Positions 24,441 through 32,000 of a DNA stretch of 32,000 bases are shown one piece after another; within the stretch, counting starts at the first letter, position 1; every line of letters begins with the position of its first letter. The position numbers and the translations under genes were made by a program. Under the pieces are notes generated by a model. It ran no database searches, was not told the DNA's origin, and worked only from the letters and a program-made list of their open reading frames with translations. Origin of the DNA: Coprobacillaceae bacterium (lineage in GTDB: Bacteria; Bacillota_I; Bacilli_A; Erysipelotrichales; Coprobacillaceae); assembly GCA_963675915.1 (NCBI GenBank), contig OY780959.1:1230001-1262000 (forward strand). The letters run 5' to 3'.

Positions 24441-25226
24441 TTATTTTTGATAATAGATCATTTCCGAAATCAGACGGTTGAGATACGGTAAAGAATAATA
24501 GCCATCATTGACACTGTTGGAAATCCCATACTGATAGACGATGTCACCGAAGGCATCAAACATCTCACTTTCCTGAGCGAAGATGACAACCTTCATTTTT
24601 TGGCTTCGAGCCTTGTTCAAGATGGCGGTTTGCTGCTCACCCATCCAACCGCTGAAAACCGAAATGAATACCAGGACATCATTTTCATGAAAATGACTTA
24701 CATACCCGGCGTCGACTTCATGGAAATTCACCAGAAAGGTTGAAATCCCGTTGCAAATCAAATCAAGTTGCAAGGTATAGAAATCCCGCAATTCATGGGA
24801 ATCGCCGACAATGACCACATTCTTGCCACTGGTAAGCACGTCGACGATTTCTTTCAATTTGTCATAATCAAGAGTATTCCTAGTCTGCTGCAGGTTCTTG
24901 ATGGCATCATCAAAGAGTGATTCCCCCATCTTTTCAAGCGTACTGGCCATGAATCGCTGGGTATGGCCGATATGCCGGTAAAAAATCAAATTGTTGTTGA
25001 ATGACTCCATTTTTCGCTTGAAATCCTGAAAAGAGTCAAATCCGATTTTCGAAATAAACCGGCTGACTGATGCCGTGGAAATATTGGCATCAAAAGCAAT
25101 TGACTCCAAAGTCTGGTCATGGATTTTTTCAATGTTTTTGACGAGGTTTAATGCGATGTTGTGCTCGTTGGTATTGGTTAATCTTTCATTACAGAACTGA
25201 ATAAATGTGAATCCGTTCGAACTCAT
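24441..25226 (-). CDS. RpiR/MurR-family transcriptional regulator (HTH_6 + SIS)
   Basis: The HTH is 'IAFDANISTASVSRFISKIGFDSFQDFK', followed by a SIS-like C-terminal half. ATG 25226 follows GGGGGA; the track start at 25283 is a TTG without an SD. Confidence 0.8.
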   Translation of the reverse strand: MSSNGFTFIQFCNERLTNTNEHNIALNLVKNIEKIHDQTLESIAFDANISTASVSRFISKIGFDSFQDFKRKMESFNNNLIFYRHIGHTQRFMASTLEKMGESLFDDAIKNLQQTRNTLDYDKLKEIVDVLTSGKNVVIVGDSHELRDFYTLQLDLICNGISTFLVNFHEVDAGYVSHFHENDVLVFISVFSGWMGEQQTAILNKARSQKMKVVIFAQESEMFDAFGDIVYQYGISNSVNDGYYSLPYLNRLISEMIYYQK

Positions 25227-25313
25227 TTTTCCCCCTTCGAACCACCCGGTTGGGGCCGGATGATTCCCTTTTGTTTTGTTCAACCAAAAACTTTAAAAAC
25301 GTAGTGCAAGATA

Positions 25314-25342
25314 ATAATACGCTATTATTCAGATTTAGTCAA
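25314..25342 (-). promoter_or_regulatory. putative rpiR promoter
   Basis: Minus strand: TTGACT (25342-25337), 17-nt spacer, TATTAT (25319-25314). Confidence 0.4.
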
Positions 25343-25367
25343 ACCGCTTACATTATTTGGAAATTAT

Positions 25368-26894
25368 TTAAATGATTTCTTCGGGTTTTATCATTTTTTC
25401 AATTTCTCCAACCTCCAATTCATCCGTCAAAGGTGCCCATACCTGGTTGAAAAAGGGATCAACTTTGGCCCGGGCTTGGTAATTCCAACTCTTGTTCTCG
25501 CATACCGGACACCAATGTCCGGTTTTAAGCACCAGGCGCGGCGAGGCCAAGAAACGATGGTTGAACCCGCAGCAAAAATCCAATTTTGTATCCAAGTCGC
25601 CGGTAACCATTGCTTTTGAAAGACAACTCCCGCCCCGGAATTTGGCGGCCGCTTTGACATCATCAAGATCTAGCAGAGCTTCCGGTTTGGTTTCATCATA
25701 ACCGTGGTCGATCATAATGACCTGATTGTAATCATCGGGTACTTGAAAATTACTAAGTTGTTCGGGTAGTTGCTGCCACTTCTCAAGGCCGCCAAAAAAG
25801 ACGTCAAGCTTAGCGGTCTTATTTTTTGTGACAAAATAAAGCGGACCGTGGGGTTGACCTGCCAGTTTCCTGAACCCGGAAACCAGGATTTTTCCCATCA
25901 GCAATTTACCCCAAGGCAGTCGGCAAACCAGCCTTGATATCGGCACCAACAGCCCCATTTCCTGACGCACCAATTCATAAAAATAATCCATGCCATCCTG
26001 GCGGAAGTGAAACCTTTGTTCGAGAAATTCGCTGTCAAGATAGTATTGGCCATGGAAATTATGAGTCGCATACAACTTGGGCTTGATGACATAGTCAAGC
26101 TTCTTGATTCCCAGGATTTCACCGTAAATCTTTTGATACAGCTCCAGGGTGGTGATCCGGCAACTTTTGCCCCCTCCGATATTGTAGATGTTTTTCCAAA
26201 ATTCCTCCTCAAGTTCATCTCGAGCCACTGCGACAGTGATATTTTCAATCAGCCGGGCAGAATCCCGATCGGAAACATATTCAAGTACGTTGTTCAAACC
26301 GTTATGGAATATTATCGGATCCTTGATTTTAGCCATCTGGGCCGACAGGATTCCGGTCTGACGCAAGGAAATCCAATAGCTAAGGCCCGATTCGATTACT
26401 GCCCGTTCCGCTGCTGTTTTACTTACCGCGTAATAATCAAAAATACTTGGTTTGATCGGGTCACCGACCCGCCCCCAATGAATCGGCCACATTCTGTCTC
26501 CTGTTTGAGCGACAGTTGCGATATAGATCAGCCGGACTTCATCGCTTCGCTTTTGAATTGAAATCGCCTTGAGGATGTTAACTGTCGAACCGTAATTGAC
26601 CGCCATCGCCTCTTGGGCTTGATAGTCGGCCTGGGGCGAAACCAAAGCCCCCATGTGAATGACCAGGTTGCTTTTTAACACGCCTTGATAAATATCCTCG
26701 AAGTTCTTCAGGTCGCCCCAGATCATTTCAACCCGGAGATCCTTTTTGTACTTGTCAAAGAGCTGATGATTGCGGCGGGAATTTCGCAGCAATACCACAA
26801 TCCGGGAAATGTCCTTGCAGTCATAAAGTCTTAAAAAGCTGGCATATCCCATCTGCCCGCTAGCTCCGGTCAAAAACACCCTTGTTCCTTTCAT
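25368..26894 (-). CDS. NAD(P)-dependent epimerase/dehydratase-type SDR with a C-terminal extension of about 170 aa containing a zinc-ribbon-like motif
   Basis: SDR motifs are 'VFLTGASGQMG' (Rossmann) and 'YYAVSKTAAE' (YxxxK). The C-terminus reads 'FRGGSCLSKAM...LDFCCGFNHRFLASPRLVLKTGHWCPVC'. ATG 26894 lies 8 nt after GGAGG. Confidence 0.75.
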   Translation of the reverse strand: MKGTRVFLTGASGQMGYASFLRLYDCKDISRIVVLLRNSRRNHQLFDKYKKDLRVEMIWGDLKNFEDIYQGVLKSNLVIHMGALVSPQADYQAQEAMAVNYGSTVNILKAISIQKRSDEVRLIYIATVAQTGDRMWPIHWGRVGDPIKPSIFDYYAVSKTAAERAVIESGLSYWISLRQTGILSAQMAKIKDPIIFHNGLNNVLEYVSDRDSARLIENITVAVARDELEEEFWKNIYNIGGGKSCRITTLELYQKIYGEILGIKKLDYVIKPKLYATHNFHGQYYLDSEFLEQRFHFRQDGMDYFYELVRQEMGLLVPISRLVCRLPWGKLLMGKILVSGFRKLAGQPHGPLYFVTKNKTAKLDVFFGGLEKWQQLPEQLSNFQVPDDYNQVIMIDHGYDETKPEALLDLDDVKAAAKFRGGSCLSKAMVTGDLDTKLDFCCGFNHRFLASPRLVLKTGHWCPVCENKSWNYQARAKVDPFFNQVWAPLTDELEVGEIEKMIKPEEII

Positions 26895-26953
26895 CCTCGT
26901 CACCTCCACATCAATGCCCTTTTTCTTAATTGTACACCCAACTCATTCAAGAA

Positions 26954-26978
26954 ACAAAAAAAAGCGCTCCGGCGCTTT
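26954..26978 (-). terminator. intrinsic terminator of the TSCPD gene
   Basis: AAAGCGC-CGGA-GCGCUUU followed by UUUUUUGUUU on the minus strand. Confidence 0.7.
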
Positions 26979-26980
26979 AA

Positions 26981-27226
26981 TTATCCTTTGGCAATTTCCG
27001 CTTCCAGAGCCAATGCGAACTGATCAGCACATGAAGTTTTTTTAGCCCCACAAGTATTCCCCTTGAATCGATCGATGACAAACTGCGGTTCCATCCCCTC
27101 AACAATCTTACCGATAGCCGCGAGATTTCCCGGACATCCTCCGACAAATTTGACATTTTTCAATTTTCCGTTCTCCAGGTCAAACGAGACCATCTTTGAA
27201 CAAACACCTGAAATATTGTAATTCAT
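26981..27226 (-). CDS. TIGR03905-type TSCPD-domain small protein
   Basis: The blocks 'GVCS', 'FVGGCPGN' and 'TCGAKKTSCADQFALAL' match the 4-Cys pattern of this roughly 80-aa family. GGGGGAGG SD is present. Confidence 0.7.
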   Translation of the reverse strand: MNYNISGVCSKMVSFDLENGKLKNVKFVGGCPGNLAAIGKIVEGMEPQFVIDRFKGNTCGAKKTSCADQFALALEAEIAKG

Positions 27227-27335
27227 GATATTCCTCCCCCAATTTTATTTTCCAAAGTATACCAAATAAATCGGCAATTAAAAAGCGATTTGCTTAATTA
27301 TTTTTGTTAGGAAACAACCAATCAGCCACTGCATA

Positions 27336-27360
27336 GAAAACCGCACCCAAAGGTGCGGTC
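27336..27360 (-). terminator. intrinsic terminator of the hexosaminidase gene
   Basis: ACCGCACC-UUUG-GGUGCGGU followed by UUUUC on the minus strand. Confidence 0.7.
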
Positions 27361-27364
27361 ATAC

Positions 27365-28591
27365 TCAGTTGGCCTGAGTGAGATTAAGTTTGGTTTTGAC
27401 TATTTTACGCAGCGAAGTCTCAATCCGGTCGATTGAAATCTCGCCGTTTTCCACGGCCTCAATAACCCCTTGATAGGCTTCCTCGAAGTTTTCAGGCATC
27501 AAGAGCAAATCATTGCCGGCCTGAATCGCTGCGATTGCGGCCTGGGCTGACGTGTAGTAGTTGGTGATGGCGCCCATGCTTAACGAATCGGTTATGATCA
27601 TACCCTGATAACCCAGTTCATCCTGGAGAATGCCTCCGATTATTTTTGATGACAGGGAGCTTGGGACATTGTCTCCGGTCACCGCCGGAAGACTTATATG
27701 GGAAACCATGATCAGTGGCACTTGATTTTCAACCGCATCTGCAAACGGAATCAATTCCGACTCACTTAGCTCTTCGAAATTCTTATTGGTGTAAGCATAG
27801 CCTTCATGAGTATCAATCGAAGTCGCTCCATGTCCAGGGAAATGTTTGTATGTAGCCAATACCCCGGCTTGATCAAGGCCTTTGAAAACTTCCAAAGCCA
27901 GACTGGATACCGTTTCAGGATCACTACCAAATGAACGCTCAATGACTACGGTATTATCCTGATTGGTGATCACGTCGGCAACCGGTGCAAAGTCCAAATT
28001 AAAACCATAACGGCTCAAATAAGCTCCGATAGTCGCCCCGATATTTGCGGCTTGGGCAGCTGTTTTCACCGTATTCATATTCGCAAAACTTTCGACATCG
28101 AAAGCTGGATTGTTGGCGATACGGGCAACCATGCCCCCCTCTTCATCGATACAGGTGAACAGGTTCATTCCCTCGATTTCCTGGGCATATGATTGAACAT
28201 TGGCCAGCATGGTTGTAATCTGGTCTTCACTGACGATATTTTCATCAAAATAAACCAGACCTCCCACTGGATATTGTTCCAGCGCCGTTTTGGTCACATC
28301 GCTGGCGATAGTAACCCGGTCATAGCCAGTCAAGGCTTCCGGTGTGACAACAAAAAGTTGGGCCACTTTTTCTTCAATGGTCATCGTGGCGATGACCTGA
28401 TCGATTTTAGTCTCAATAGCATCGGTGTTGGCAACCGGGGTCTGATTGGTATCGTCAGTTGCGCTTCCGGTTTGGCTGGTTGAATTGTTTTCCCTGATTG
28501 AACTAGCTACAAAGCCCAAGGCCAATATCATTGTCAACAGGACAAATATTACAATCAAACGTCGTTGGTTGGATTTACTGTATATGAACAT
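27365..28591 (-). CDS. nagZ: glycoside hydrolase family 3 beta-N-acetylhexosaminidase, membrane-anchored or secreted
   Basis: Has an N-terminal TM/signal helix. GH3 blocks are 'KHFPGHG', 'IDEEGG' and 'IITDSLSMGA'. Confidence 0.8.
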   Translation of the reverse strand: MFIYSKSNQRRLIVIFVLLTMILALGFVASSIRENNSTSQTGSATDDTNQTPVANTDAIETKIDQVIATMTIEEKVAQLFVVTPEALTGYDRVTIASDVTKTALEQYPVGGLVYFDENIVSEDQITTMLANVQSYAQEIEGMNLFTCIDEEGGMVARIANNPAFDVESFANMNTVKTAAQAANIGATIGAYLSRYGFNLDFAPVADVITNQDNTVVIERSFGSDPETVSSLALEVFKGLDQAGVLATYKHFPGHGATSIDTHEGYAYTNKNFEELSESELIPFADAVENQVPLIMVSHISLPAVTGDNVPSSLSSKIIGGILQDELGYQGMIITDSLSMGAITNYYTSAQAAIAAIQAGNDLLLMPENFEEAYQGVIEAVENGEISIDRIETSLRKIVKTKLNLTQAN

Positions 28592-28687
28592 ATTGTCTTT
28601 CTCCCTTGATCATCAAAAGTCTCAGCGGACTTTGAATAAGATTATCGGTTGACCTAACAATACAGTAAACCGAACCTTTGTTACTTA

Positions 28688-28716
28688 ATTATAACAAATA
28701 TTTGATTTTTTTACAA
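28688..28716 (-). promoter_or_regulatory. putative promoter of the hexosaminidase gene
   Basis: Minus strand: TTGTAA (28716-28711), 17-nt spacer, TATAAT (28693-28688). Confidence 0.45.
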
Positions 28717-28758
28717 TGCCGTAACATTTTTAACTGACCAGATCTGGCCAGTTGGATA

Positions 28759-28785
28759 GAAAAAATCCATATCAGCGATATGGAT
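28759..28785 (-). terminator. intrinsic terminator of the AEC transporter gene
   Basis: ATCCATATC-GCU-GAUAUGGAU followed by UUUUUC on the minus strand. The stem abuts the stop codon. Confidence 0.7.
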
Positions 28786-29699
28786 CAGAATTGGTTGAAA
28801 ACAAAGGTAATCAACGGCAAGGTCACCAGTGAGAGCAACGTCGAAACGAATACCAGTTTTGAGGCAAAATCAGTGTTACCGTCATAACGCTGAGCCAGCA
28901 TCGCTGTCGAACTACCAGCAGGCATTGCTGAAAGCAACACACAGACATTCCCAATCAAAGGATTAATCGGCAACAATCTGACTGCCCCCAGGACAATCAG
29001 CGGCAACATGATCAGCCGGTAAAAACTGAACAACAACGCCCCGAAATCCAGAATTTTCATATCATCGGTATCCCCAAGAATCCCCCCGATAATCAGCATA
29101 CAAATAGCCGTATTGCTGCGAGCGATGATTCCCAAGGTTTCGTCAATCGGACCTGGCAATGAGATCCCCACAAAGCCCATTGCCATCACGACAAACCCGA
29201 TATAAACAGCAATGATGCAAGGGTGAGTCAACACCTGACGGGCGATATTTGTGGAATTGGATTTGGTAAACAGAGAAAGCCCCGAAGACCACATGAATAC
29301 CCGGATGGGAATCAGGAAAAAGGACGCATAAAGCAGACCTTCGTCGCCAAAAATCCCATAGGCAATTGGCAGACCCATGAATCCGGAATTGGAAACCATG
29401 GTCGAATACTGGCAGCAGATTCGCTGTGACAGTTCATAGTTATTGTAAAGAAATTTGTTTATCACTGCATACATCAGCTGGATTCCCAGTGAAATCGCCA
29501 AGATGATAAGACAGTTGGTCAGCAAACTGGCGTCCAGTTCGATTTGAAACGACCTGATGATGGCACTTGGCAGGATAACCAGAAAGACGATATTGGTCAA
29601 CTGACCCCTGGTCGACTTGGAAAAGTGACCTCTTTTGGTCAGGATATACCCGATTGCCATCAGGATGAATATTTGAATCTGTAATGAAATCATTCCCAT
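28785..29699 (-). CDS. AEC (auxin efflux carrier) family permease
   Basis: Multi-TM protein with an N-terminus 'IFILMAIGYILTKRGHFSKSTRGQLTNIVFLVILPSAIIRSF' typical of AEC/malate-permease-like transporters. Confidence 0.75.
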   Translation of the reverse strand: MGMISLQIQIFILMAIGYILTKRGHFSKSTRGQLTNIVFLVILPSAIIRSFQIELDASLLTNCLIILAISLGIQLMYAVINKFLYNNYELSQRICCQYSTMVSNSGFMGLPIAYGIFGDEGLLYASFFLIPIRVFMWSSGLSLFTKSNSTNIARQVLTHPCIIAVYIGFVVMAMGFVGISLPGPIDETLGIIARSNTAICMLIIGGILGDTDDMKILDFGALLFSFYRLIMLPLIVLGAVRLLPINPLIGNVCVLLSAMPAGSSTAMLAQRYDGNTDFASKLVFVSTLLSLVTLPLITFVFNQF

Positions 29700-29851
29700 T
29701 TTTATTCCCCTTTGAAATATAATCTAATAGCCCTTAATGCCTTTCCCCAGGCATTTTCAAACTTGTTTCCAATATACCATATCCCTGCTCAAAGATACAT
29801 TCATTTTCAATTTATAATATTAAACGATACTATAAATATTATTTATTACGC

Positions 29852-29882
29852 CAAAAGACCCGCATCGAATCTCGATACGGGC
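29852..29882 (-). terminator. intrinsic terminator of the MFS gene
   Basis: Minus strand: CCCGUAUCGA-GAU-UCGAUGCGGG (one G-U pair) followed by UCUUUUGG. Confidence 0.6.
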
Positions 29883-29896
29883 CAGCTTTTTTATTA

Positions 29897-31090
29897 TCAA
29901 GCTTTAATCCGGTTTTGTCTTAGCAGCTTGAAGATCAAAGTAACTGCCGCCATGGTACTTAGAATCAGGGCAATCACATAGAAAGTGGTTTGGGGCAGAT
30001 CGTTCCAACTGACCAGGCCGATAAGCAAAGCCACATATGGTGACATGAAAAATCCCAGATTCAAAGCCACCAGAAACAGCGAAGTAATCAGACTGCTCGA
30101 CTTGAAAGCGCCGCTATTGATATGATTAAGCAAAAACGGGACAATGGTTCTAAATGAAAATCCGGTCAGATAGCCCCCGACAGTGGCCACCAATACATTA
30201 TCCCCATAGCCCACCAGAAAAATCGCCACTGCCATCAGGGCATACATGACTGGCAAGGTCAGCCATTTCAAAAAAGCGGTAACCCAGGAAAATGTCAGAC
30301 CAGCCGACATCGCACCAAGACCAAGTACCAAAAGGACAGTCGCCCCGTCAGTTGCGGTTCCATAGCCCTTGAACAGGATCATTGGTCCGACTTTGATTCC
30401 CAAAGTCATGAACATTGTCGCCAAGGCAAAAATCAACAAGACGTAGCCAATCCCGATTTCAAGGCCATTTTGACCGCTAGTCTGGTCGCTATCGTCATTT
30501 TCGCTTTCTTCCAAAGCATTTTTCTCCCGCACTTTTGCGGTCGAAATCGCCGGAACAAACAAACCGAACAAAATAATGATCGGAATCACCAGCAAATAAG
30601 CAAAGAAAATCCCTTTCCAGCCGATCTTGACCAGTTGTCCGGCAATCAAAGTGAAAGTCATTCCACCAAAGCCTTCACAGGCGGTCTGGAACCCGAACAT
30701 CCTGGTCCTTTGAGCACCGCTGTAGAAATACTTGTTGAATGTAACCAGCAGCGACTGGAACATCCCGATTCCAAATCCCAGACAGGCCCGGGCGATGAAA
30801 ATCACATAGAAATTTCCCACCAGAATCGGTAAAGTGCCGCTAAAGCCAACCAGAGCCAAACCGGCCAGTACCGTTTTATTGTATCCAAGGACCGCTGCAA
30901 TCTTATGACTGAGCAGGACTGCAATCATGATGAAAAGTGAAGATACCGTCGCCAGGTTTTCCACCAGAGCCAAGGGTACCTCGCTGAAAACTTCAATCAT
31001 ATTGGGAATGTTGACATTCATGATCCCCCAGGAAACAATCACCGTTGAAGCCGATAGTAAAGCTATCATCTGTAGTCTGTTTGTTTTCAA
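29897..31090 (-). CDS. MFS transporter
   Basis: 12-TM-like hydrophobicity pattern with a central hydrophilic loop (EESENDDSDQTSGQ). The start is uncertain: TTG at 31090, or the in-frame ATG at 31069. Confidence 0.7.
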   Translation of the reverse strand: MKTNRLQMIALLSASTVIVSWGIMNVNIPNMIEVFSEVPLALVENLATVSSLFIMIAVLLSHKIAAVLGYNKTVLAGLALVGFSGTLPILVGNFYVIFIARACLGFGIGMFQSLLVTFNKYFYSGAQRTRMFGFQTACEGFGGMTFTLIAGQLVKIGWKGIFFAYLLVIPIIILFGLFVPAISTAKVREKNALEESENDDSDQTSGQNGLEIGIGYVLLIFALATMFMTLGIKVGPMILFKGYGTATDGATVLLVLGLGAMSAGLTFSWVTAFLKWLTLPVMYALMAVAIFLVGYGDNVLVATVGGYLTGFSFRTIVPFLLNHINSGAFKSSSLITSLFLVALNLGFFMSPYVALLIGLVSWNDLPQTTFYVIALILSTMAAVTLIFKLLRQNRIKA

Positions 31091-31243
31091 GTTAAAGATC
31101 CTTTCCTAAATCAATACCTTCGCAACACCTACTGCCGCTAGGCAGGAAATGTTCAAGTCGAGTTGCTTTGTCCAACCTCAGCAATTCAAATTTCAATATT
31201 ATGCGGTTTGATTCCGGGAAAATCAGTTCTGTCTCGTTGTATC

Positions 31244-32000
31244 TTAAAGATCAAAAAGATCGTAAATCCAGTTTTTGCACAGTTCGACCCACATGTCGGT
31301 ATTTTTCGAACGTATCCCGGCCTCGGCCTGATACATGGCCAGGTCGTTGCTCACTGAAATTCCATGACTTCCTTTTTGGAAAACATGAACTTCATAAGGC
31401 AGATCCAAGGCGTCCATCGCCAACGCCATGCGCAAAGGATGATCGGAAGGGACATATTTGTCGTACCGGGTATGCCAGATAAAAAGTGGTGGCGTATGTT
31501 TGCCGACATAATTAACCACATCAAGTTCCGGCGTGAGATCTTTGGCAATCTTGCCAAGAAAATCCGGTCTATACTGCTCGGGATCGGCGACAATATCCGT
31601 ACTTGAAGCCGCACCATAAGCCAGCACCGCCCCGTTGGGTCTGTTACCTCCCTCGGGAATGTCCAGACGCTCGCAAAGTCCCGGCGTGTTCCACTGGGTC
31701 GCTCCAAAAGCAGCAACTCCGGCCCCGGCTGAAAATCCCATCACCACGATTGCTTCGGAATCGATACCCCAGCTATCCGAATTCTTGCGGACTTCCCAGA
31801 TTGCCCAGGAGATCTCATCAAGCGGATTGGGATAGACCGAATAATCCCCGATTGAATAATTGAGGACAAAGGCGCAAAAGCCCTCTTTCATGAAAGTAAG
31901 TGCCACCGGCTCCCCTTCTAAGTCCGACAGCATTCCCCAGGCTCCTCCGGGCATGATAATGATGGCTGGCCGCTTTTTAAGCTGAGAACCGTGTTCCAGG
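31244..32000 (-). CDS. alpha/beta hydrolase (esterase/lipase type), N-terminus outside the window
   Basis: Contains 'IIIMPGGAW', the nucleophile elbow 'GFSAGA' (GxSxG) and a late 'GSHG' His block. The frame stays open from 31954 to the window end. Confidence 0.75.
   Translation of the reverse strand, partial: LEHGSQLKKRPAIIIMPGGAWGMLSDLEGEPVALTFMKEGFCAFVLNYSIGDYSVYPNPLDEISWAIWEVRKNSDSWGIDSEAIVVMGFSAGAGVAAFGATQWNTPGLCERLDIPEGGNRPNGAVLAYGAASSTDIVADPEQYRPDFLGKIAKDLTPELDVVNYVGKHTPPLFIWHTRYDKYVPSDHPLRMALAMDALDLPYEVHVFQKGSHGISVSNDLAMYQAEAGIRSKNTDMWVELCKNWIYDLFDL

Noticed and set aside
25227-25262. GGTTCGAA T-loop-like motif suggesting a tRNA fragment
   Set aside because: No complementary T-stem, acceptor or anticodon arms are present. 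The sequence is part of the rpiR leader/SD region.
26007-26561. 184-aa + strand ORF opposite the SDR gene
   Set aside because: It is antisense to a CDS with clear Rossmann and YxxxK motifs and has no support of its own.
28737-28746. Perfect 10-bp palindrome CCAGATCTGG
   Set aside because: It is short and isolated, sitting between a terminator and a promoter. It could be chance or a restriction-type site, and nothing further supports a function.
14111-29699. Two 'auxin'-named families in one window (GH3 at 14111-15724 and AEC 'auxin efflux carrier' at 28785-29699) as evidence for auxin metabolism
   Set aside because: The names derive from plant founders. The genes are 13 kb apart, on opposite strands and in different transcription units. 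AEC transporters in bacteria carry diverse organic anions.

Overview
The window looks like a chromosomal segment from a low-GC Gram-positive-type bacterium. This is suggested by strong GGAGG-type SD sites, ECF/QueT vitamin-salvage transporters behind riboswitches, and hairpin plus T-run terminators; the taxon cannot be proven from sequence alone. I saw no rRNA, tRNA or CRISPR.

Gene order:
- A partial exported protein.
- A HAD-IB hydrolase, divergent from a FetA/FetB-like ABC exporter.
- ribU behind an FMN riboswitch.
- A DUF523 gene.
- A 5.05-kb head-to-tail array of three IS6-like insertion sequences. The outer two are near-identical and the middle one is diverged and carries a stop. The array lies 14 nt upstream of cysE.
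- queT behind a preQ1-I riboswitch.
- A manA remnant and a GH1 6-phospho-beta-glucosidase.
- A 570-bp AT-rich gap.
- A tightly coupled three-gene operon: ICMT-like membrane methyltransferase, GH3-type acyl-acid amido synthetase homolog, and a multi-TM/GAF/degenerate-GGDEF/HD-GYP sensor.
- Convergent with that operon, a diguanylate cyclase plus PAS-GGDEF-EAL operon.
- An FNR-like oxidoreductase divergent from a LysR regulator, then a YczE-like membrane protein and a small MazG-like NTP-PPase.
- A minus-strand block: RpiR regulator, SDR with a C-terminal zinc-ribbon extension, TSCPD protein, GH3 beta-N-acetylhexosaminidase, AEC transporter, MFS transporter and a partial alpha/beta hydrolase.

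The two best candidates for something undescribed are the ICMT-like/GH3-like/HD-GYP operon within a local c-di-GMP hub, and the triple IS array in which every junction is the same octamer. All family calls rest on motif recognition by eye; no database search was run.
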